Positions 31,814-39,503 of a stretch of 64,000 nt of DNA are shown here, one piece after another. The translations under genes and the position numbers were made by a program. Every line of letters starts with the position of its first letter. Within the stretch, counting starts at the first letter, position 1. A model generated the notes under the pieces. It was not told the origin of the DNA. It worked only from the letters and a program-made list of their open reading frames with translations, and did no database searches. This stretch comes from Phycisphaerales bacterium (GTDB lineage Bacteria; Planctomycetota; Phycisphaerae; Phycisphaerales; UBA1924), in NCBI GenBank assembly GCA_965227775.1, contig OZ245777.1, positions 1,184,001-1,248,000 of the forward strand, in the 5' to 3' direction.

Positions 31814-31982
31814 GAGCCCTCAGAGGTCGCAAGGCGGTGGACCACGCTCTTGGCCGGCCGGGGCTCGTGCGGAGCCGCATCACGCCTGAGGAGCGAAATA
31901 GTACACCCGCAGTCGCGGCATCACGCTTTGGGTAAGTCACCCCTTGCATCAGCGGTGTCACCCGGCACGGCCGAGTGCAGTC

Positions 31983-33002
31983 TCATGCAAGCACCCGCAC
32001 CAGGTTCGCGTTGCCGTCGACCGGCTGACGGTGCACCTTGACGTCGAGGAAACGCTCGATGATCTCGGCGTTGGTTTCGGCGTGATTGGAGAGCCGACCG
32101 GTCTTAAAGCTGCCGCCGCCTGCGAGCGCGAGCGGGAGCATCAACTGATCCGCGAGGTGACGCCAGACGGGAACGTCCGCCTTGATATATCGTTGGACGT
32201 CCTTCGCGGCGTTGCCCGCCACCTTCTCGGCCGATACGCCGCGCTCGCCGAAGCCGGTGAAGACCTCGGTGATGCCCTCGCGCGTCAGCTCGATGGACAC
32301 AACGTTGCCGGGGCCCATGTCCTCGGAGAGCTGTCGGATCTGGAGGCTCTCTTCGGGCCAGTCCAGGTTCTCAGCCAGCACGCCGATCTCGCGCGTGGCG
32401 ATCGACGGTGGCAGGCCAGCGATCGTCGCCGTTGCGCGACGGGCCGTGATCGGCGTTGCATCGATGATCTCCAGCGGCTGGAGTTCTTCGGCCGGATTGA
32501 TACCAACGCGAATCCGGCCGCCACCCGCGGGGAAGAAGCCGTAGCGCTCGAGGTCCAGGTCCACGGTGGGGCCCATGCGATTGATGAGCGGTAGAAAGGC
32601 GCGCTGCAGGAAGTCCACGCTTGGCGCCTGCATGTTGTGCGTGCCACCCGTCAAGGTAATGTTGGATCGCTCGCGCGCCGTCATCAACGCCGGCAAGATC
32701 GTCTGCAGTACCAGTGTTGTGCTGCCAGCCGTCCCGATGGAGAACGCGTAGTCGCCCCCGCGGATGTTCCCCGGCGTGAACTCAAGGCTCGTCGATCCGA
32801 GCTCCGCACCGAAGACGCCGCCGGAACATGTGGCGCGCGCCGCCTCGACCGAAGTCAGATGCTGACGCATCAACCCCGGCTTCGGCCGCCCGGCGCGGAT
32901 GTTCTCGATGCGGAACGGTTGGCCGGTGATCATGGACAACGAGAGCGAGGTGCGGAGCACCTGTCCGCCACCCTCGCCAAACGAGCCGTCGATCTGGATC
33001 AT
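31983..33002 (-). CDS. rtcA: RNA 3'-terminal phosphate cyclase
   Basis: 'IDGSFGEGGGQVLRT', 'RAGRPKPGLMRQHL', 'GTAGS', 'GGTHN', 'YGFFPAGGG', catalytic 'HLADQL'. Confidence 0.95.
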   Translation of the reverse strand: MIQIDGSFGEGGGQVLRTSLSLSMITGQPFRIENIRAGRPKPGLMRQHLTSVEAARATCSGGVFGAELGSTSLEFTPGNIRGGDYAFSIGTAGSTTLVLQTILPALMTARERSNITLTGGTHNMQAPSVDFLQRAFLPLINRMGPTVDLDLERYGFFPAGGGRIRVGINPAEELQPLEIIDATPITARRATATIAGLPPSIATREIGVLAENLDWPEESLQIRQLSEDMGPGNVVSIELTREGITEVFTGFGERGVSAEKVAGNAAKDVQRYIKADVPVWRHLADQLMLPLALAGGGSFKTGRLSNHAETNAEIIERFLDVKVHRQPVDGNANLVRVLA

Positions 33003-34276
33003 CTCCAGCCTCCTCGCATCCGCGGGCCCCGGCGCGTCCGGGCCCTCGTTCCCACCTGCGGCGTACCGACCTCTCGGCCCTGAGGTCGAGCCGCCTTACG
33101 TCGCCAATCCTGGCGCATGAGACGGTTGATCAGCATCGCCGAAGTGGGGCGCTCCATCGCCATCACTTCGTTCACGACGTCGTGCCGATTTGCCACGTGG
33201 GCAAAGAGGCGATCGACGTAGTCGGTCGCTGCATCTCGGTCGAGCAGCGGGACCTCCAGCTTGATGTCCGCCCGGCCCGGGCGGATGAGCGCCGGGTCGA
33301 GGCGGTCGACGTGGTTCGTGGACATGATCAGGACACGGCCGTTCTGCGGCGCGATCATGCCGTCGATGCAGTTCAGGAACCCGGAGAAGGTGATGCCGCT
33401 GGCTTCCTCGTTCTCCCGATCGCGGAAAGCGCAGTCGACGTCCTCGATCAGCACGATCGATTCGTCTCGCACGCCCTCGAAGGCACTGACGAGATCTTCG
33501 TCGGAGCGCATGTCGGCCAGAGGAATGATCGCGAGCCTGCGACTCAGCGTCGATGCGAGCGAGTGTGCGATGGACGTCTTGCCCGTGCCCGGCTGGCCGT
33601 GCAGCAAGATGCCGAGCCTCCACGGGATGCCCAGGCGCTCGTAGTCCTCACGGCTCTCCGAGAACTCTCGCACACGCGACTCCAAGCCCCCGAACAGGTT
33701 CTTGGGCAGGCACAGCGTGCTCGGGTCCCGTTTCGGCAACGACATGGTGTTGCTCGCGCCATACTTGTTGCACAGATCGACGAGCTGGCGATCGTCCATC
33801 ACGTTCGCCCGCGCCTTGGCGGCGTTGAGCATGCGTGCGAGATCCGCTTGCCTGCCGAACAGCACTTCCACCGTGATGATGAACCGGCGCACGAGGTCCT
33901 GTCCGCCCGAGGCGGATTCTTCTCGTCCGACGGAGATCTTGCACCAGCGTCCGCACACGCGGGCCCAGAAGTCGTCCGAACCCGCGGCAAATGCCGAGGT
34001 TGCGGCGCTCTCGTCGTAGTCGTCGGAGGTGGTGCGCACCTCGAGCGTCCTCGGCCCGCCGGGCCGAAATGCGCCATCGGTGAGCAGGCCCAGCCATGCG
34101 TCGTACAGCGGGTGATTCTCTCGCACCTCGATCACGCGCGTGCAGAAGCCACGACACGTGCGGAATGCCTTCCGCGGGAGTGCCCGGACCTGGTAGCCAA
34201 GCCAGCCGACGATCATGAGCGTCAGGCCGCCCTGAACAATCGGGGATTCTTGGATGATGTTCTCGATCCAATTCAT
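32999..34276 (-). CDS. Bcs1-like membrane-anchored AAA+ ATPase
   Basis: N-terminal TM helix; 'GIPWRLGILLHGQPGTGKTS' (Walker A), 'VLIEDVDCAF' (Walker B), 'ITFSGFLNCIDG', 'STNHVDRLDPALIRPGRAD'; ATGA overlap with rtcA. Confidence 0.82.
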   Translation of the reverse strand: MNWIENIIQESPIVQGGLTLMIVGWLGYQVRALPRKAFRTCRGFCTRVIEVRENHPLYDAWLGLLTDGAFRPGGPRTLEVRTTSDDYDESAATSAFAAGSDDFWARVCGRWCKISVGREESASGGQDLVRRFIITVEVLFGRQADLARMLNAAKARANVMDDRQLVDLCNKYGASNTMSLPKRDPSTLCLPKNLFGGLESRVREFSESREDYERLGIPWRLGILLHGQPGTGKTSIAHSLASTLSRRLAIIPLADMRSDEDLVSAFEGVRDESIVLIEDVDCAFRDRENEEASGITFSGFLNCIDGMIAPQNGRVLIMSTNHVDRLDPALIRPGRADIKLEVPLLDRDAATDYVDRLFAHVANRHDVVNEVMAMERPTSAMLINRLMRQDWRRKAARPQGREVGTPQVGTRARTRRGPRMRGGWR

Positions 34277-34589
34277 GTCAACACACTGGTCGCGAGACGT
34301 GCCGATGTCTTGGCACGCCAGCAAATCATGGGCGAAGTTCCTGCCGCTAACACACCGTGTGCCAGCAAACCAAGCGAGCAATGTTGCTCACGCCGTATTC
34401 AGATTGTGGTGGATGTGCTCCACCGGCGTCGCCGGTGGAACGGCGACAGGTCAAAGAGGGTTGTAGTACTCGTGCTGCAAGGCATACCTCCTGTCGGGGG
34501 GCAATTATGTTTCGAACAATGCGTGAGTCAACCTTGGATTCCAAGAAACTCTGTTTTCTAACACAGCTTCGTGCATGTGAAGCCCACGC
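34277..34589. ncRNA. Candidate structured RNA in the rtcB-AAA spacer
   Basis: 313-nt spacer, visibly lower in GC, with no convincing ORF and at least six inverted repeats. Confidence 0.35.
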
Positions 34590-36080
34590 TCAGTCATCCG
34601 CCTTGTCACCGTCCTTAATCACGAACTTCGCTTCCAGACGCGCGACCTCGCTCGCCAGTCCCGCGAGCTCGACCGACGTCAAGACCTCATCGAAGTCCTT
34701 GTACGCAGCTGGCGCCTCGTCGATCGGGTAGTTGCGACAGTTGGTGAGGATGTCACGCTCGTTGAACGACGCGTTGATCTCAGCCTGGTCGAGCGTGCGC
34801 GATGCGGCCTTGCGACCCATCACGCGTCCGGCCCCATGGTTCACGCTGTAGCACGAAGCCTCGGCGCCCGGGTTGGCGACCATCACCGAAGAACCGGCTT
34901 GCGGGTTACCCGGCAGCAGGATCGGGTGACCGGTCGATTCGAACGGCGTGCCCTTGAGTGCGTGGTGGCCGGCGGGGAACGCGCGGGTCGCGCCCTTGCG
35001 GTGCACCCAGTGCGGCTTGTTGTCCACGATCTCCTCTCGCGCGATGTTGTGGCTGATGAAGTACACCAGCCGTCCCTCGATGCCGGGCAGGACCTCCTGG
35101 AACGCTTCGAGCACCAACGCGTTGATCAACAGGTGGTTGAGCGTCGCGAAGTTCGCGCCGATCGCCATGTCGTCGAGGTACGCGTTGGCCTCGTCGCTTC
35201 CGAGCGGCGCGTGCACCAGCTGGCGATCTCCACCCGGCAGCGGGATGCCCCACTTGGTGAAGTGCTCTTCGAGAGCCTTGAACTGGCCCGCCGCCATGTC
35301 GTGGCCGAGGCCGCGGGAGCCGCAGTGCGACAGGAACGCAACTCCGCCGTCGCGCAGCCCGAACACCTCGGCCGCCTCGCGAGCGCGATCGTCCTCGCGC
35401 AGGCGGACCACCTCGCACTCTCCGAAGTGGTTGCCGCCGCCGTACGAGCCGAGCTGGCGGATCTTCTTAGGGAAGCGCTCGTAGAAGCGAGTGTTCTTCT
35501 TGTGCAGTTCGAGACGGGCGCGCAGGGCATCGGCCGTGCCATCGTGGCCCGCGTGCACGCTGTCCTCGCAGCGATCGGCCCACCCGGGCGGGATGCCGAG
35601 CTCGGTGCAGATCTCCTCGGTCGCGCCTTCGGTCACGATGCGCGTGCCGAGCTCGTGCGACACGCTGCGCGACTTCGCCACGCTGCGCTGGCCGCGCCCC
35701 GTTCCCGTCGGCGTGCGCTCGCAGATGGCGTTGATGATGGCGCGACGGGTGCGCGCGTCGCGCACCGCATCCTCATCGATGTCCAGCGCGAGCAGGCTCA
35801 TCGAGCACTTGATGTCCACGCCCACCGGGCCCGGATACACGTGCGACGGGCTTGCCATCACGCACCCGACAGGCGTGCCGTAGCCGACGTGGGCGTCGGG
35901 GTTGAGCACCAACTGGGTCACGCCCGGCGCCATGGCCGAGTTGATCGCCTGGCGGATGCAGCCCTGGTCGAACGTCTCGCGGATCGCCGCCGTGCCGATG
36001 ACGGTCACGGGCTTCTGGTCGTTAGGCAGGGGCAGGATCGCGGTCGCTTCGCCGGTCTCGTGGAAGGTCTGGTCGCTCAT
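34590..36080 (-). CDS. rtcB: RtcB RNA ligase (copy 1)
   Basis: 'PDAHVGYG', 'GVDIKC', 'GGGNHF', 'HCGSRG', 'SHN', 'HRKGAT', 'HGAGR', 'DEAPAAYK'; start placed at ATG 36080. Confidence 0.93.
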   Translation of the reverse strand: MSDQTFHETGEATAILPLPNDQKPVTVIGTAAIRETFDQGCIRQAINSAMAPGVTQLVLNPDAHVGYGTPVGCVMASPSHVYPGPVGVDIKCSMSLLALDIDEDAVRDARTRRAIINAICERTPTGTGRGQRSVAKSRSVSHELGTRIVTEGATEEICTELGIPPGWADRCEDSVHAGHDGTADALRARLELHKKNTRFYERFPKKIRQLGSYGGGNHFGECEVVRLREDDRAREAAEVFGLRDGGVAFLSHCGSRGLGHDMAAGQFKALEEHFTKWGIPLPGGDRQLVHAPLGSDEANAYLDDMAIGANFATLNHLLINALVLEAFQEVLPGIEGRLVYFISHNIAREEIVDNKPHWVHRKGATRAFPAGHHALKGTPFESTGHPILLPGNPQAGSSVMVANPGAEASCYSVNHGAGRVMGRKAASRTLDQAEINASFNERDILTNCRNYPIDEAPAAYKDFDEVLTSVELAGLASEVARLEAKFVIKDGDKADD

Positions 36081-36206
36081 GGTTGGTTCCCATCCCGCTT
36101 TCGGTGCGGCTGGATCGATTGGCTTTGGCCCCGAGGCCCCCGGCCCGATTGCCGGGGGCCCCCGCTCTCCGGCGGCTGGCAAGAGGTACCAGCCGCACTC
36201 GGGGCA

Positions 36207-36224
36207 TTGCACTGGGCGTGCCAG
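36207..36224 (-). promoter_or_regulatory. Sigma-54 (-24/-12) promoter of the rtcB operon
   Basis: Minus strand CTGGCACG-CCCA-GTGCAA, i.e. TGGCACG-N4-(g)TGCA with exact GG-N10-GC spacing, next to the divergent sigma-54 activator rtcR. Confidence 0.85.
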
Positions 36225-36242
36225 AACCGATCGCGGGGCCAA

Positions 36243-36273
36243 AAACCGGCCTGAGAGCGCCCCAGGCCGGTTT
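36243..36273. promoter_or_regulatory. Inverted repeat between the sigma-54 promoter and rtcR (possible activator site or hairpin)
   Basis: AAACCGGCCTG-N9-CAGGCCGGTTT perfect 11-bp arms. Confidence 0.4.
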
Positions 36274-36340
36274 GGCTCGATCTGCGCGATCAATGAGACG
36301 ATCCAATACGATCGTGATTTATCCAAAGGTATCATCATCG

Positions 36341-37951
36341 ATGAGCGAAGCGAGACCTCTCGTCGTGATTGGGCTTCTGGGCACCTCGCTCGACGTGGGC
36401 AAGGGCCCGAAGCGGTGGGAGCGATGGCGGCCGACCATCTCCTTGTGCCAGCACGAAGATCTGGTCGTCGATCGCTTCGAGCTTTTGCACGCCGCCCGGG
36501 CGAGTTCCCTGGCTGATGCGGTGCAGCGCGACATCGAGATGGTCTCGCCCGAGACCACCGTCGTCCGCCACACCGTCGATACCGACGACCCGTGGGACTT
36601 CGAAAAGGTCTACGGCTCGCTGCACGACTTCGCGGCGGCGTACCCCTTCGACACCGATCGCGAGGACTACCTCGTCCACATCACGACCGGCACGCACGTC
36701 GCCCAGATCTGCAACTACCTGCTGACCGAAGCCCGGTACTTCCCGGCGCGGCTGGTCCAGACCAGTCCGCCCCGCGGGAACAAGGGGCGGACAGGCGACA
36801 GCCCAGGTCGGTTCAGCATCATCGATCTCGATCTCTCGAAGTACGACCGGCTGGCATCACGCTTCGAGCGCGAGCACACGGACGCGATCGCCTCGCTCAA
36901 GGGAGGCATCGAGACCAGGAATCCCGCGTTCAACAGGCTCATCGAGCTGATCGAGCACGTGGCGGCCCGCTCGACCGATCCGCTACTGCTGACCGGGCCA
37001 ACAGGCGCCGGCAAGACGCGGCTTGCCGGACGCATCTACGAGCTGCGCAAGCACCGACGCCTGGTCGATGCCGATCTCGTCCAGGTGAATTGCGCGACGC
37101 TGCGCGGCGATGGCGCGATGTCGACGCTCTTCGGCCACAAGAAGGGGGCGTTCACCGGCGCCGCCTCGGATCGCACGGGGCTGCTCCGCATGGCAAACCG
37201 GGGCATGATCTTCCTCGACGAGATCGGTGAGCTGGGAATGGACGAGCAGGCCATGCTGCTCCGTGCGGTGGAGGACCATCGGTTCCTGCCGCTCGGCGCC
37301 GACGCCGAGATCGAGAGCGAATTCCAGTTGCTCGCGGGCACCAATCGAGATCTCCAGCAGGCCGTCCGCGAGGGGCGATTTCGCGAGGATCTGCTCGCCA
37401 GGATCAACCTCTGGACGTTCGAGCTGCCCGCACTCAGGGACCGACCGGAGGACATCGGCCCGAACATCGAGTACGAGCTCGACCGATTCGCGCGAGAGCG
37501 GGGCCAGCTCGTGCGCTTCAGCACCGAGGCGCACGAGCGATTCCTCGTGTTTGCCACCTCGCCCGAAGGCCTTTGGAACGGTAACTTTCGCGATCTCACG
37601 GCAGCGATCACGCGGATGTCGACGCTCGCACCCGGCGGGCGGATCACGACGGAGGTGGTCGAGCAGGAGTGCGCCCGGCTCGCCGCGTCGTGGGGCTCCG
37701 GCGACCGTGGTTCGCAGTCTGCTCTCACTGAGCTCCCACTCAAGCCTGCCCTGCCTGAGATCGATCTCTTTGATCGCGTCCAGCTCGAGTCTGTGGTCGA
37801 GGTGTGCCGCAAGTCGAAGTCGCTGTCCGAGGCTGGCCGCACCCTCTTCGCGGCCTCTCGAACCCGCCGGACGAGCGTGAACGACTCCGACCGGGTCCGC
37901 AAGTACCTCGCCAAGTTTGGGCTCGATTGGGAAACGGTGAATTCCGCGTGA
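36341..37951 (+). CDS. rtcR: RNA repair transcriptional activator (CARF + sigma-54 AAA + HTH)
   Basis: 'RWERWRPTISLCQH', 'DPWDFEKVY', 'HITTGTHVAQIC', 'GPTGAGKT', 'GAFTGA', 'FLDEIGELG', 'NDSDRVRKYLAKFGLDW'. Confidence 0.95.
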   Translation: MSEARPLVVIGLLGTSLDVGKGPKRWERWRPTISLCQHEDLVVDRFELLHAARASSLADAVQRDIEMVSPETTVVRHTVDTDDPWDFEKVYGSLHDFAAAYPFDTDREDYLVHITTGTHVAQICNYLLTEARYFPARLVQTSPPRGNKGRTGDSPGRFSIIDLDLSKYDRLASRFEREHTDAIASLKGGIETRNPAFNRLIELIEHVAARSTDPLLLTGPTGAGKTRLAGRIYELRKHRRLVDADLVQVNCATLRGDGAMSTLFGHKKGAFTGAASDRTGLLRMANRGMIFLDEIGELGMDEQAMLLRAVEDHRFLPLGADAEIESEFQLLAGTNRDLQQAVREGRFREDLLARINLWTFELPALRDRPEDIGPNIEYELDRFARERGQLVRFSTEAHERFLVFATSPEGLWNGNFRDLTAAITRMSTLAPGGRITTEVVEQECARLAASWGSGDRGSQSALTELPLKPALPEIDLFDRVQLESVVEVCRKSKSLSEAGRTLFAASRTRRTSVNDSDRVRKYLAKFGLDWETVNSA

Positions 37952-38168
37952 GCCAGCTCGTGCGAAGCAAGCGGGCGGTCCGTGCAATGTGGTCCGCTGA
38001 TTGACGGAGCCGGGGCGGCTAACGCGGTCGGCAGTCGCAACGTATGGGAGCCGATGCGGTAGCGGTGTGGGCCTGCCCATCACTGCGAGAAGGGCTCAGC
38101 CAGCCCGAGGCGATGCGCGGTAGACTTCGAAGCGACCGACCCCGTTCTGCCACGAGAGAGGCCGATCC

Positions 38169-39503
38169 GTGACGTCTTGGACCCGAGAACAGGTGCTTGG
38201 GCTCGCCCCCGATGCCGCCTCGGCCAAGGCCGGCACGGGGCTCGCGTCGGCGTCGCGCTGGCCGTTGCTCGGCCGCACGGATACGGCGGCCTGGGGGCAC
38301 TGCCAGGGCAGCGGGAAGAAGCCATACCTGACGCGTGTGGATCTGACCGAACCGGCGTTCAAGTGCTCGTGCCCAAGCCGCAAGTTCCCGTGCAAGCACG
38401 CGCTCGGGCTCATGCTGCTGCTGTCGCAAGACCAGATCCCAGCGGCTGACGCCCCCCCTGATTGGGTGAGCGAGTGGCTCGACTCTCGGCATGAGCGACA
38501 GCAGCGCAAGGCGGCTCGTGCCGAGACCGATGCAAAGAGGGAGGCCGACCCCGAAGCTCGCGCCAAGCGGGCGGCCAAGCGTGAGCAGCGGGTTTCCGAC
38601 GGCCTTGCGATTGCAGAGCAGTGGACGCTCGACTTCATCGAGGAGGGCCTCGCCGCAGCGCGCGAGCGCCCCCTTGCCGCGTGGGAACAGGTCGCGAGCC
38701 AGCTCGTCGATGCCCAGTGTCCCGGGCTCGCGACCATGGTGCGCCGCACCGCCAATGCATGTGTCAGCGGGGATCGATGGCAGTACCGCACGCTCGACGA
38801 GGTCTCGCGTCTCTTCCTTGCCATCCAGGGCGTGAAGCGGCTGGGCGAGCTGCCCCGGAGCTTGCAAGCGGAAGTGCGCACGCAGATCGGTTTTGTGACT
38901 CCGAAGGAAGACGTGCTCCGCGATAGCCCCCGGGTGCACGATACCTGGGTGGTTGCGGGCCGGGCATACTCCGATGCCGGCAAGGTAAAGGCGCAGCGCA
39001 CCTGGCTGTGGGGCATCGAGACCAGGCGCCCGGCACTCATCCTGGATTTTGCCGCGGGCAGCGCGGTGCTGGACGCATCACTGGTTCCGGGGATGCGCTT
39101 CGAGGGCGACTGTTCGTTCTACCCCGGGTCGCCAGAGCTCCGTGCACTCGTCGCCGATCGCGGTCCGACGATCCCCGGTGGCCTGCCCGAAGAGGGCATG
39201 AGCCTCTCGTCTGGGGTCGAGGGCGCCGCCCAGCTGATGGGCCAGGGACCGTGGGTCGATAGAGCGCCGTTCCTCGCGACGGGCGTTGTTCCGGCCCGGC
39301 TCGGCGAAGGCTGGTGCCTCCAGGACGGTGATGGCGGCCTCGTGCGCCTCGACGCCGCCGAACACTCGGTCTGGACGTTGCTCGCACTCTCGGGCGGATA
39401 TCCCGTGAGCGTCTTCGGTGAGTGGAGCGAGGGCGTGCTGACCCCCTTGGCCGCACAGCAGCGCGATCGGTTCACCGTCTTTACGAACCAGGAAGCCGCA
39501 TGA
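38169..39503 (+). CDS. SWIM zinc-finger protein (YehQ-like)
   Basis: 'LAPDAASAKAG', 'WGHCQGSGKKPY', SWIM 'CSCPSRKFPCKH', 'LVDAQCPGLA'. Confidence 0.85.
   Translation: MTSWTREQVLGLAPDAASAKAGTGLASASRWPLLGRTDTAAWGHCQGSGKKPYLTRVDLTEPAFKCSCPSRKFPCKHALGLMLLLSQDQIPAADAPPDWVSEWLDSRHERQQRKAARAETDAKREADPEARAKRAAKREQRVSDGLAIAEQWTLDFIEEGLAAARERPLAAWEQVASQLVDAQCPGLATMVRRTANACVSGDRWQYRTLDEVSRLFLAIQGVKRLGELPRSLQAEVRTQIGFVTPKEDVLRDSPRVHDTWVVAGRAYSDAGKVKAQRTWLWGIETRRPALILDFAAGSAVLDASLVPGMRFEGDCSFYPGSPELRALVADRGPTIPGGLPEEGMSLSSGVEGAAQLMGQGPWVDRAPFLATGVVPARLGEGWCLQDGDGGLVRLDAAEHSVWTLLALSGGYPVSVFGEWSEGVLTPLAAQQRDRFTVFTNQEAA

Noticed and set aside
34450..34460. CTT TGA C (prfB-like frameshift motif) at the end of a micro-ORF
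   Set aside because: No properly spaced internal SD, and the +1 frame ends after 17 codons.
34551..34566. CTGT-N8-ACAG resembling a gammaproteobacterial LexA box
   Set aside because: Not expected to apply to this inferred lineage; single occurrence, better explained as a hairpin arm.
36081..36340. Long N-terminal extensions of rtcB1 and rtcR in the ORF track
   Set aside because: They overlap each other and the sigma-54 promoter; homology starts at ATG 36080 and ATG 36341.
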